DNA of 64,000 nt from Burkholderiales bacterium (GTDB lineage Bacteria; Pseudomonadota; Gammaproteobacteria; Burkholderiales; SG8-41): the NCBI GenBank assembly GCA_043743335.1, contig JAYTWR010000199.1:2303-66302 (forward strand), read 5' to 3'. Under the pieces are notes generated by a model. It ran no database searches. It saw nothing but the letters and a program-made list of their open reading frames with translations, and was not told where the DNA came from. The position numbers were made by a program, and so were the translations under genes. Positions 1-8,338 of the stretch are shown piece after piece (within the stretch, counting starts at the first letter, position 1; each line of letters starts with the position of its first letter).

Positions 1-204
1 GGAACGGGCGAGCAGATCGGGGATGCCACCCGCTGCGGTAACCACCACCCTGACGGGTTTGGTCGGCCACGCCTGACCAGCCTCTGTTGTTGCAGCATGC
101 GCAGAAACGCTAACGAGGCTGGCGGCAGCCACGCCTGCCTTCCATAGAGCATGCTGCAACGGTCTCGCACACTTAAGACGCTTCAAGCTCGCATTGATAG
201 TCAT
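1..204 (-). CDS. Bug/TctC tripartite tricarboxylate transporter substrate-binding protein, 5' part (runs off window edge)
   Basis: Not in ORF track. Manual translation from ATG at 204 (GGGAG SD upstream) gives MTINASLKRLKCARPLQHALWKAGVAAASLVSVSAHAATTEAGQAWPTKPVRVVVTAAGGIPDLLARS: signal peptide plus the Bug N-terminal WPxKPVRVVV motif. Confidence 0.85.
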   Translation of the reverse strand, partial: MTINASLKRLKCARPLQHALWKAGVAAASLVSVSAHAATTEAGQAWPTKPVRVVVTAAGGIPDLLARS

Positions 205-356
205 GTTTCTCACTCCCGGTTAGATGGCAGGGCGTATCAAATAAATTGTTTAAAATCAGATACTTACATAATTTTGGTAGTCTCGGTCGGCGGTTTCCGC
301 CACCGCGAAATCACCGTAGCCGAACTATGGCATCCCCCCCAATCCGTGGGAACCGT

Positions 357-425
357 GTATTTTGCAATACGGCTATAGCAACCATACCGGTATAAGGAAT
401 CGCGATGCCCCAAAACGCCAAGGAC
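357..425 (+). pseudogene. Remnant of a LysR paralogue: upstream regulatory box plus first 7 codons
   Basis: GTATTTTGCAATACGGCTATAGC (357-379) matches 1902-1924 at 22/23 nt. ATG at 405 gives MPQNAKD versus MSQNAKD of the LysR at 1947; similarity then stops. Confidence 0.65.
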
Positions 426-583
426 AGATGCGGTACTGCCATCGCGCTGCTTCTTTCGCCATGGTCATTCACCCATATCCTTAGAGGAACAACGTCTATT
501 TACGCCTATACCATTGCCGTGCCAGTTCACGCGCCCATCCCAGCCTCCCCCGCAAGTGGGCGGCACGACTGAACGCCCGTGCC

Positions 584-988
584 TTATCGTTGCACCGCGC
601 GTGCCGCAGCCGCCAGCGCTGCGGTCATTCCGATGTGCAGGCTGCCGAGTTTGGGCGTTTGGCCGTGTTGTGGAGCCGGAGGCACGGCAAAAAACTCAGC
701 GTTCCAGGGCAGTTCGACAACGTGCCGCAAGTCAAACTTTGTGTCGTAAGACAGCCCGGCTGTCGCATAGGCTGCCTTGTGCCCGGCTTTGCGTATGGCG
801 AATTCACCGGACAGCAGGCGATCCGTTCTTTGAGAGGTGCCATAGGCGACTTCCACCGCGACGCCATCGCCATGCTCAGTCACGCTAAGCACCAGTGCGG
901 GCCGGGGCTTGGGGCCGGGCTTATCACGTGGCCGCTGCGGAAATCGGCACCATACAATGTCCCCAGGATCGGGCGGCTCCCACATCAT
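584..988 (-). CDS. PemK/MazF-family type II toxin (endoribonuclease-like)
   Basis: PGDIVWCRFP...PGPKPRPALVLSV...VAYGTS motifs of the PemK fold; lies 6 bp downstream of a small ORF. Confidence 0.75.
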   Translation of the reverse strand: MMWEPPDPGDIVWCRFPQRPRDKPGPKPRPALVLSVTEHGDGVAVEVAYGTSQRTDRLLSGEFAIRKAGHKAAYATAGLSYDTKFDLRHVVELPWNAEFFAVPPAPQHGQTPKLGSLHIGMTAALAAAARAVQR

Positions 989-994
989 CGGCGG

Positions 995-1267
995 CTAGAG
1001 CAGCGAACGCTTGCGTATGACCTTGCCCTTGGGTAGCAACGGACTCGCGGCCCTGCGCACGCGGGCGATATCCGCCGCCGTCAATGAGCCATCGTCTTGT
1101 TCGTAGGCGGGGAGGACATCTCTGGCGAAGCGAGAAATCGCCAGATGCACCACCATCGTTTCGCTCACGTCCATTTCTTCTGCCAGTGCCTTGAGGGTCT
1201 CGCGGGTTACACCGTAGGGTGAATCCTTGGATTTGAATTTGACGAGTAGATTGTTCATTGCGGTCAC
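995..1267 (-). CDS. Putative antitoxin (RHH-like DNA-binding protein)
   Basis: 90 aa directly upstream of the toxin; beta-helix-helix-like LLVKFK...RETLKALAEEMDVSETMVVHLAISRFA. Confidence 0.65.
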   Translation of the reverse strand: MTAMNNLLVKFKSKDSPYGVTRETLKALAEEMDVSETMVVHLAISRFARDVLPAYEQDDGSLTAADIARVRRAASPLLPKGKVIRKRSLL

Positions 1268-1282
1268 GTCACGAATGATGGG

Positions 1283-1310
1283 TATATACGAACTATATAC
1301 AACTATATAC
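1283..1310. promoter_or_regulatory. Three TATATAC repeats at about 10-bp spacing; probable TA promoter/operator
   Basis: GGTATATACG AACTATATAC AACTATATAC directly upstream of the antitoxin start. Confidence 0.55.
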
Positions 1311-1339
1311 CAATGGCCGATTGACGGCTAGTCACCCAT

Positions 1340-1693
1340 TCATTGATCGCGCCGCATCATTTGCGGATCATAGGGCAGGTTTTTGCGCAGCGCGGGCATC
1401 GCCGCCATAGTGTCCCCCGCACCCAAAAACAGCGTATAGCCGTCTGCCGCTGATTTGGCCGCTAATTGACCGCCGATGGTACCTTCCGCGCCTGGCCTGT
1501 TGTCGATAATGATGTTTTGGCCGAGTACCTGCGAGAGCAGTTGACTGACGATACGGGGAACGGTATCGCCGATTCCGCCTGGCGGATACGGCACAATGAT
1601 ACGTACAGGCTTCGTTGGATGCTGGGCAAAAGCCGACAACGTAATGAGTCCGAGAAAACCTGCTGCCACAAGCATACGGTTGACCCGCTACAT
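1340..1693 (-). pseudogene. Truncated Bug/TctC gene
   Basis: HPTKPVRIIVPYPPGG...DNRPGAEGTIG...ADGYTL present, but the ORF ends after about 110 aa. The SD-preceded ATG at 1693 is followed by an in-frame TAG. Confidence 0.85.
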
Positions 1694-1912
1694 GGCGTTG
1701 CTCCCGGAGTTATTAAATCTTCATCCCACACGCAACTGCATGGTTGTCAGAAATACTTTTGCGCGTACGGTCTGCAATAAAGCGCTGGCGGTACTGGATC
1801 TCATGATCGAATTGGCGAGGTTCGTAGGAAAAATGTGCGTAAAATCTTGTAATGACGCTTGTGTAACCACTACGGCAGTCCGCAGCCGCCTTGTGAACCC
1901 GGTATTTTCCAA

Positions 1913-1928
1913 TACGGCTATAGCCGTA
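1913..1928. promoter_or_regulatory. Perfect 16-bp palindrome, candidate LysR autoregulatory site
   Basis: TACGGCTATAGCCGTA, 18 bp upstream of the LysR start in the divergent intergenic region. Confidence 0.5.
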
Positions 1929-1946
1929 CCTCTATAGGAAATCGCA

Positions 1947-2900
1947 ATGTCCCAGAATGCCAAAGACACTGACAGCCACATCGGCCGACGCATTAAACTG
2001 CGCGACCTGCAAATTCTGGCGAGCGTCGCCGAGCACGGCAGCATGGCCAAGGCGGCAACGCACCTGTCCACCACGCAACCCACGGTGTCGCAGGCCATCG
2101 CCGATCTTGAAGACGCCGTGGGCGTGCGGCTGTTTGACCGCAGCACGCAAGGGGTGGCGCCGACGGTGTTCGGCGACATTCTGCTCAAGCGCGGCGTCGA
2201 AGCGTTCGATGCGTTAAAGCAGGGCATGCGCGACATTGAATTCCACACGACAGCCGGCGCGGGTGACGTGTGGATGGGATGCATGGAAGCACTGTTGCAC
2301 GGATTTTTGCCCGCCGTGATTCAGCGGCTCGCGCAACAGCACCCGAAGATCATTGTGCACGCGACCGAGGTAAACTCGTCGGAGAATATTCACGTCCTGC
2401 GAGAACGCAAACTGGATATGTTGATCGGCAGAACCACGCGATCTCAACAGGAAGATGATTTTCATTCAGAAACGCTGTTCGAGGATGCGTTCACCGTGGT
2501 CACCGGGGAAAAAAGTCCGTGGGCGCGCCGGCGCAAGGTTGCACTTTCCGATCTGATGGACGAAGGGTGGCTCTACGGCGAGCCAAGCAACGCAACGCAG
2601 GCGCGCATATCCGAATCGATATTGGCCAAGACCGGGCGACTTCCGCGCGTTGCCATGTACACCACATCGATGAATTTGCGCCTCGCCTTGTTGGCGTCGG
2701 GTGACTACATTTCGTGCATACCGGGCTCGGTTTACCGCTACGACGCCGCGGGAAGGCCCATCAAGGCGCTGCCGGTGGATATGAATCTGAAGTTACCGGT
2801 GTCGATCATCACGCTCAAGAACCGCACGCTCAGTCCGGCGGCAAAACTGTTTATCGAGACCGCGCGGGAAGTCGCTAAAACTATGGCAAAAGGCGTTTGA
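1947..2900 (+). CDS. LysR-family transcriptional regulator
   Basis: HTH GSMAKAATHLSTTQPTVSQAIADLEDAVGVRLFDRS; 317 aa. Confidence 0.95.
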   Translation: MSQNAKDTDSHIGRRIKLRDLQILASVAEHGSMAKAATHLSTTQPTVSQAIADLEDAVGVRLFDRSTQGVAPTVFGDILLKRGVEAFDALKQGMRDIEFHTTAGAGDVWMGCMEALLHGFLPAVIQRLAQQHPKIIVHATEVNSSENIHVLRERKLDMLIGRTTRSQQEDDFHSETLFEDAFTVVTGEKSPWARRRKVALSDLMDEGWLYGEPSNATQARISESILAKTGRLPRVAMYTTSMNLRLALLASGDYISCIPGSVYRYDAAGRPIKALPVDMNLKLPVSIITLKNRTLSPAAKLFIETAREVAKTMAKGV

Positions 2901-2987
2901 CCGTCCGCTAGGACGTCGCTATAACGCCGCTTGATGAATTATAAATTTGCTAATAAAATCAAATAGTTAAATAACCGGGAGCGCCTG

Positions 2988-4226
2988 ATGTCTGAGCCTA
3001 CGCACGTCGCATCGCCGACTGAGGGTATTGAGCGCGTCCGCGTGTCCGCCATCGTCAGCGCCTTGTCGGCGGTGGACGCGGCGACGCTGTTGTCGCGCTA
3101 TCCGGCTAACCTCGTGGCGGGTGTGCTGCAGGACATGAACCCTAGCGTAACGCAGGATATTCTTGCCGCGCTGCCGCGCGATATTCGTGACGCCGCGCTG
3201 AAAGCCGTGCCCGCAGCAACGGCGCGGCAGTGGAGCAGCAACAAGCATTACCCCGACGGCAGTATCGGCCAGTTGATGGAGCCCACGATCGCCGTGTTTC
3301 GCCCAGAGATGACGGTGGCGCAAACGGTCGCGGCGCTGCGCACCTTGGTTAAAACCACGCTCATCACCTATGGCTATGTGACGGGTCCTGACGGCAAACT
3401 CATCGGCATTGTCACCATGCGCGATTTGCTGTTCGCAGCGGACGATACGCCACTGGCCAAGGTGATGCTGACCGATATCTTTTCGTTGCGTCCCGATATG
3501 GAACTCGCCGAAGGCATGAAGCTGGTGCTGGGCCGCCATTACCCAGTTTACCCGGTGTGTGACGACGCCGGCGTGCTGGTGGGCCTGGTGCGCGGCCACG
3601 CCATGTTCGAAGAGCAGGCATTCGAAATCACGGCGCAGCCCGGCACCATGGTGGGCGTGGAAAAAGAAGAGCGTCTCGCCACGCGCTGGCTGCAAAGCTT
3701 CAAGTTTCGCCATCCGTGGCTGCAACTGAATTTACTCACGGCGTTTGCGGCGGGTGCAGTGGTCGGCATTTTTGAAGGCACGGTAGAAAAACTTGTCGTG
3801 CTGGCGGCGTTTTTGCCGGTGCTCGCCGGACAATCAGGCAACACGGGTTGTCAGGCGCTGGCGGTCACGCTGCGCGGGCTAACGCTGGGTGAGTTAAAGC
3901 CCGGCAAAGAGCGCATGCTGGTGATGAAAGAAGCGCTGCTGGGCTTGATGAACGGCGCGTCTACCGGCTTGATCGCCGGGCTAGGCATGTATGCCTACGC
4001 CACCATGCAAAAATCACCGCACGCGCTGATGCTGGCGGGCGTGGTGTGGCTGGCGCTGGTGGGCGCGTGCGTGGTGAGCGGCATTTGCGGCGCGATGATT
4101 CCGCTGACGTTAAAGCGCTTTGGCGCGGACCCGGCCACCGCCTCCAGCATTTTTCTCACCACTGCAACGGACGTGGTGAGCATGGGCCTGCTGCTTGGTT
4201 TGGCGACGTTGCTGATTCGCGTCTGA
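2988..4226 (+). CDS. mgtE: Magnesium transporter MgtE
   Basis: CBS pair plus membrane domain with SGNTGCQ and GADPATASSIFLTTATDV motifs. Confidence 0.92.
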   Translation: MSEPTHVASPTEGIERVRVSAIVSALSAVDAATLLSRYPANLVAGVLQDMNPSVTQDILAALPRDIRDAALKAVPAATARQWSSNKHYPDGSIGQLMEPTIAVFRPEMTVAQTVAALRTLVKTTLITYGYVTGPDGKLIGIVTMRDLLFAADDTPLAKVMLTDIFSLRPDMELAEGMKLVLGRHYPVYPVCDDAGVLVGLVRGHAMFEEQAFEITAQPGTMVGVEKEERLATRWLQSFKFRHPWLQLNLLTAFAAGAVVGIFEGTVEKLVVLAAFLPVLAGQSGNTGCQALAVTLRGLTLGELKPGKERMLVMKEALLGLMNGASTGLIAGLGMYAYATMQKSPHALMLAGVVWLALVGACVVSGICGAMIPLTLKRFGADPATASSIFLTTATDVVSMGLLLGLATLLIRV

Positions 4227-4240
4227 TCGCGAACCGCGAA

Positions 4241-4272
4241 ACAAAACGGCCGCGAAGATTTCTTCGCGGCCG
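4241..4272 (-). terminator. Rho-independent terminator between convergent genes
   Basis: Inverted repeat CGGCCGCGAAGA-TT-TCTTCGCGGCCG, followed by TTTTGT on the minus strand. Confidence 0.75.
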
Positions 4273-4296
4273 CTTAGCAAAAAACGTCTGTAATCG

Positions 4297-5838
4297 TTAC
4301 GCTGCTTTAGCCGTCTTGCGTTTTTTCGCAGCGGCTTCAGTGGTGTGCATCGAAGCGTATGCGGCATGGGCCGCCGATTCCGCATCGCCCACGTGCACGG
4401 CGTAACCCATGTCTTCGAGCACGGAACCCAGCGCCGAGAGGCACAGCATGACGTTATCCGGGCGGCACGAATAGCCCATCAAACCAAAGCGCCAGATTTT
4501 GCCGGCTAGGGGGCCCAAGCCCGCGCCGATTTCGAGGCCGAATTCGTTGAGCAAACGCTTGCGCACTTCGGCTTCGTTCACACCCGGCGCGCAGTACACG
4601 GCGTTCATTTCCGGCACTTGGTATTTCGGGTCCACGAGGAATTTGAGACCCATCGCTTCGAGGCCAGCCTTCAACGCGATGTGATGGCGCTTGTGACGCG
4701 CCCAGCAATTTTCGAGGCCTTCTTCGCGGATCAGCAGCAGCGCTTCGTGCAGGCCAAACAGTGAATTGGTCGGCGCAGTGTGGTGATAGGTGCGGGTGGT
4801 GGCGCCCCAATAGCCGAGCAGCAGATTCATGTCCATGAACCAGCTATGAATCTTATCTTTGCGGCCTTTGACGAAATCCACCACACGTTCGCTGATCGAC
4901 ACCGGCGACAGGCCCGGCGTGCATGACAGGCATTTTTGGCTAGCGGAATACACCGCGTCAAATTTCCAATCGTCCACGCGCACTTCAACACCGCCGAGCG
5001 AAGTGACCGCATCAACGATGGTCAGTGCATTGTGCTTGTGCGCAATTTCAACCAGCGTTTTCGCGTCCGACAGCACGCCGGTGGAAGTCTCGGCATGCAC
5101 AAACGCCACTAGGCGCGCATCGGGATTAGCCTTCAACGCGTCTTCAAGTTTTTGCGGATCAACCGGCTCACCCCAGTTGTTTTCGACCACAATCGGCGTC
5201 GCGCCGCAACGCTCAACGTTCTCGATCATGCGGCCGCCAAACACGCCGTTGCGGCACACAATGACTTTGTCGCCGGGCGCGACCATGTTCACAAAACAAA
5301 ACTCCATGCCCACCGAGCCGGGGCCGGAAATCGGAAACGTCAGCGGATTTTTGGTTTGATAGGTGTAACGCAGCAGCGCTTTCAGCTCTTCCATCATGTC
5401 CACAAACACCGGGTCGAGATAGCCGATGGCGGGCTGGCTCATGGTGGTGAGCACGCGCGGGTGAATTTCCGTCGGGCCGGGGCCGAGCAACGTGCGCTGC
5501 GGCGGGTGAAAAGAACTGATGCGTTTGGAAGGTGCGTATTCGTTGCTCATGGTGTCGCTCCCAGAGGAAGATATGTAAAGATTTTCGCCGTCCGGACGCG
5601 ATTTCAGTCGGATCGGTTTGCGTGCAGTTGCGTCGTTCAAAATGTCAGTGGCGGTGATGTCGCCGCCAGTGACCTGTTCAACTTCCATCGCCCAACGCGC
5701 GGGCACATAACCGGATTTCACCCAGTTGTTGACCACCGCGCGGTCCAGGCTAAAGCGGCGCGCGACCTCGGCTTGGCTACCGAACAGTTGAACCAAGCGT
5801 TCAGCGCAGTTAGGTGGGGTTGACGGTATTGATTCCAT
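4297..5838 (-). CDS. Class V PLP aminotransferase (alanine/serine-glyoxylate type) with N-terminal Cro/YdaS-like HTH
   Basis: LLGPGP, VHAETSTG, VDAVTS and SQKCL (PLP lysine) motifs. N-terminal FGSQAEVARRFSLDRAVVNNWVKSGYVP is a Cro-like HTH. Internal ATG at 5550 has its own SD. Confidence 0.9.
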   Translation of the reverse strand: MESIPSTPPNCAERLVQLFGSQAEVARRFSLDRAVVNNWVKSGYVPARWAMEVEQVTGGDITATDILNDATARKPIRLKSRPDGENLYISSSGSDTMSNEYAPSKRISSFHPPQRTLLGPGPTEIHPRVLTTMSQPAIGYLDPVFVDMMEELKALLRYTYQTKNPLTFPISGPGSVGMEFCFVNMVAPGDKVIVCRNGVFGGRMIENVERCGATPIVVENNWGEPVDPQKLEDALKANPDARLVAFVHAETSTGVLSDAKTLVEIAHKHNALTIVDAVTSLGGVEVRVDDWKFDAVYSASQKCLSCTPGLSPVSISERVVDFVKGRKDKIHSWFMDMNLLLGYWGATTRTYHHTAPTNSLFGLHEALLLIREEGLENCWARHKRHHIALKAGLEAMGLKFLVDPKYQVPEMNAVYCAPGVNEAEVRKRLLNEFGLEIGAGLGPLAGKIWRFGLMGYSCRPDNVMLCLSALGSVLEDMGYAVHVGDAESAAHAAYASMHTTEAAAKKRKTAKAA

Positions 5839-6022
5839 GGACGCAAGGATAACATGGCAAAATTATTTTGACAACTTGACATTACAAAATGGCGTAAATA
5901 TATAACCACATGATTTTGTTATGTTATTTATTAACAACCCATCTGACACTCACCTATCAACAGCCCTTTTTCAAGAACGAAAGCCGTGGTAACGTCGCGC
6001 CACACTCACGTTGGAGCATTTA

Positions 6023-7033
6023 ATGAAACGCCATTTATTCGCTGGAGCGACGCGGATTGCAGCGTCGAGCCTGCTGTTGTCGGGGCTGATTTCGCCGTTA
6101 GCCGGTGCTGCCACGTCCGCTGCCGCCGCCACTGGCAACTACCCGAACAAACCGATCCGCCTGATTGTGCCGTTTCCCCCCGGCGGCGGCACCGATCTGG
6201 TGTCGCGCATTTTGCAACCGGCCGTGACCCATGCGTTGGGCCAGCAACTCTTAATCGACAATCGCGGCGGTGCGCAAGGCACCAGCGGCACCGCCATCGG
6301 CGCGAAGGCCAACCCGGACGGCTACACCCTCATCGTGGCCGAAATCGGCGCAACGGCGGTGGCACCGTGGATGTACGATCAGGTGCCGTTTGATGTGGCG
6401 CGCGATTTTGCGCCGATCACGCAACTGATCGAGCAGCCGTATATTGTTTCCGTGCACCCCAGCGTGCAAGCCAAAACGCTGGCGGATTTCATCAAGCTCG
6501 CGCAAGCCAAACCCAACAGCTTTAACTTCGGCTCCGGCAATGTGACTTCGCATCTGGCGCAGGAAGTGTTTTACCAAACCGCGAAAATCAAAATCACCCA
6601 CATCCCGTATCGCGGCAGCGGCCCGGCGATGACGGCCGCGCTTGCCGGCGAGGTGCAAACGTTATTCTCCGGCCCCGGCGCGGCGATCCCGCAAATCCGC
6701 GCTGGCAAAATCCGCGCGCTGGCCGTCACCACCGGCAAACGCACGCGTGAACTGCCCGAACTGCCAACACTTGATGAGTCTGGCTTCAAGGGTTTTGCCA
6801 TCAGTGGCTGGTACGGTTTGATGGCGCCCGCGCGCACCCCGCCCGCCATCATCACGCACCTGAATACCGTGTTCACCAAGATACTCACCGGCAGCGATGC
6901 CGCCAAACAATTGAGTGACCGTGGCTACGATCCGTCGCCGATGGCGCCGGATGATTTCGGCAAGTTCATGCTGGCCGAGTACCAGCGCTGGGGTAAAGCC
7001 GTGAAGGCCGCGGGCGTTAAGGCGACGGATTAA
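6023..7033 (+). CDS. Bug/TctC substrate-binding protein
   Basis: YPNKPIRLIVPFPPGGGTD and HIPYRGSG motifs; ATG at 6023 after GGAG. Confidence 0.93.
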   Translation: MKRHLFAGATRIAASSLLLSGLISPLAGAATSAAAATGNYPNKPIRLIVPFPPGGGTDLVSRILQPAVTHALGQQLLIDNRGGAQGTSGTAIGAKANPDGYTLIVAEIGATAVAPWMYDQVPFDVARDFAPITQLIEQPYIVSVHPSVQAKTLADFIKLAQAKPNSFNFGSGNVTSHLAQEVFYQTAKIKITHIPYRGSGPAMTAALAGEVQTLFSGPGAAIPQIRAGKIRALAVTTGKRTRELPELPTLDESGFKGFAISGWYGLMAPARTPPAIITHLNTVFTKILTGSDAAKQLSDRGYDPSPMAPDDFGKFMLAEYQRWGKAVKAAGVKATD

Positions 7034-8127
7034 TTGCGTATATCCTGCAAAAACCACTCGGTCGGCAGTTCATGGCCGAGCTTGGCGGCCTTGGCTTTTT
7101 GATACACCAGCCCGCCCACGGATGAAAACTGCACGCCCCAATTGCCAATCGTGCGGTAGTGGGTAATTTGGTCGGGGCTGGTGCGGCCCGGCGCTTTGCC
7201 GGAAATCACATCCGTATACACCGGCCACTGGCCGAGCTTGAGGTTTTTGGTGGCGCGCGGCAGGCGTTTTTGCTGCGCCTCCGTGCCCATGACATACGCG
7301 CCCAAACTGCCGCCTATGCCTTTGCGGAACATATCGCTTTCCGGCAGCGGCAAACCTTCTTTGCCCTGCTGCACTTTCACCTCAAAACGCGCAGCTACCT
7401 CGGCTGAAATTTCATGCGGGCCAAGGTTGACCACGTGCATGCCGGGTTCGAGCCACGAGGCGTCGACGGTGGGTGTGATGCTGTCTGTGCAAGTGGACAG
7501 AATATCCACGCCGCGCACCGCCTCGCGTACCGTATCGACCGGTACGACTTCAAGGTCGAGCGCCTTCGACATTTCGGCCGCGTATCGGTTGCGATTGTCC
7601 GGGTTGCGGCTGAACACCTTGACCTTCTTCAGCTTGCACACTACGGCGTAGGCTTCGAGAAACGTGCGCGCCATACCACCGGAACCGATCATACCCACGG
7701 TGCTTGCGTCCTCGCGCGCCAACAGCCGCGTGCCGATGCCCGCAGCACCCCCAACGCGCATATGCTGCATGTTGCCGTCGTTCATGATCGCCAGCGGCTC
7801 GCCGTTGCGCGAACTATACAGAATCACCAGCCCACAAAATGTGCCCGGCTGCACGCAATATTTGTTCTCCGACACGGAGCCATCTGCGCCTACCGGCCAG
7901 TGCACAATGTCTGACTTGAGGCGCACCGCGTAATAGCCGCCGCTGGCCCCCTCGACCGTGCCAAAGCGGTAATAGCCGTCTTCGCGCTCGCACGGCACAT
8001 AGGTGTCAATGCGCGGACGAAAAATCGCCTCGCCCTTGAGCAGCCCACGGAAAGCCGCTTCCTGCACCTCGATGCACTCGCGCATGTTGAGGATTTGGGC
8101 GACTACGTCGTTGTTGATCATCAACAT
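7030..8127 (-). CDS. Ornithine cyclodeaminase/mu-crystallin family protein
   Basis: MRVGGAAGIG, Rossmann IGSGGMA and LEPGMHV motifs. Confidence 0.88.
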   Translation of the reverse strand: MLMINNDVVAQILNMRECIEVQEAAFRGLLKGEAIFRPRIDTYVPCEREDGYYRFGTVEGASGGYYAVRLKSDIVHWPVGADGSVSENKYCVQPGTFCGLVILYSSRNGEPLAIMNDGNMQHMRVGGAAGIGTRLLAREDASTVGMIGSGGMARTFLEAYAVVCKLKKVKVFSRNPDNRNRYAAEMSKALDLEVVPVDTVREAVRGVDILSTCTDSITPTVDASWLEPGMHVVNLGPHEISAEVAARFEVKVQQGKEGLPLPESDMFRKGIGGSLGAYVMGTEAQQKRLPRATKNLKLGQWPVYTDVISGKAPGRTSPDQITHYRTIGNWGVQFSSVGGLVYQKAKAAKLGHELPTEWFLQDIRN

Positions 8128-8338
8128 GAGAAATGCTTAGCGTAAGCGCTTGATTTTGTATTCAACTTTGCCATTGCCATGAGCTTAATACCAGTGGGTT
8201 TCTGCATTGACGAGGCTGCTGGGTTCCAGACGCGCGCGCCCAAAACCCTTCGCGATGGTTTCAACATTCAGCAACGACGGAGCAACGCTAATCCTAGCGC
8301 TATCCTATGAAATTGTCGTTACCGACGCAACGTCGGCG

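Noticed and set aside
270..330. Possible tRNA fragment or att site after an IHF-like motif
   Set aside because: No T-loop (GTTCRA) or cloverleaf on either strand, and no integrase nearby
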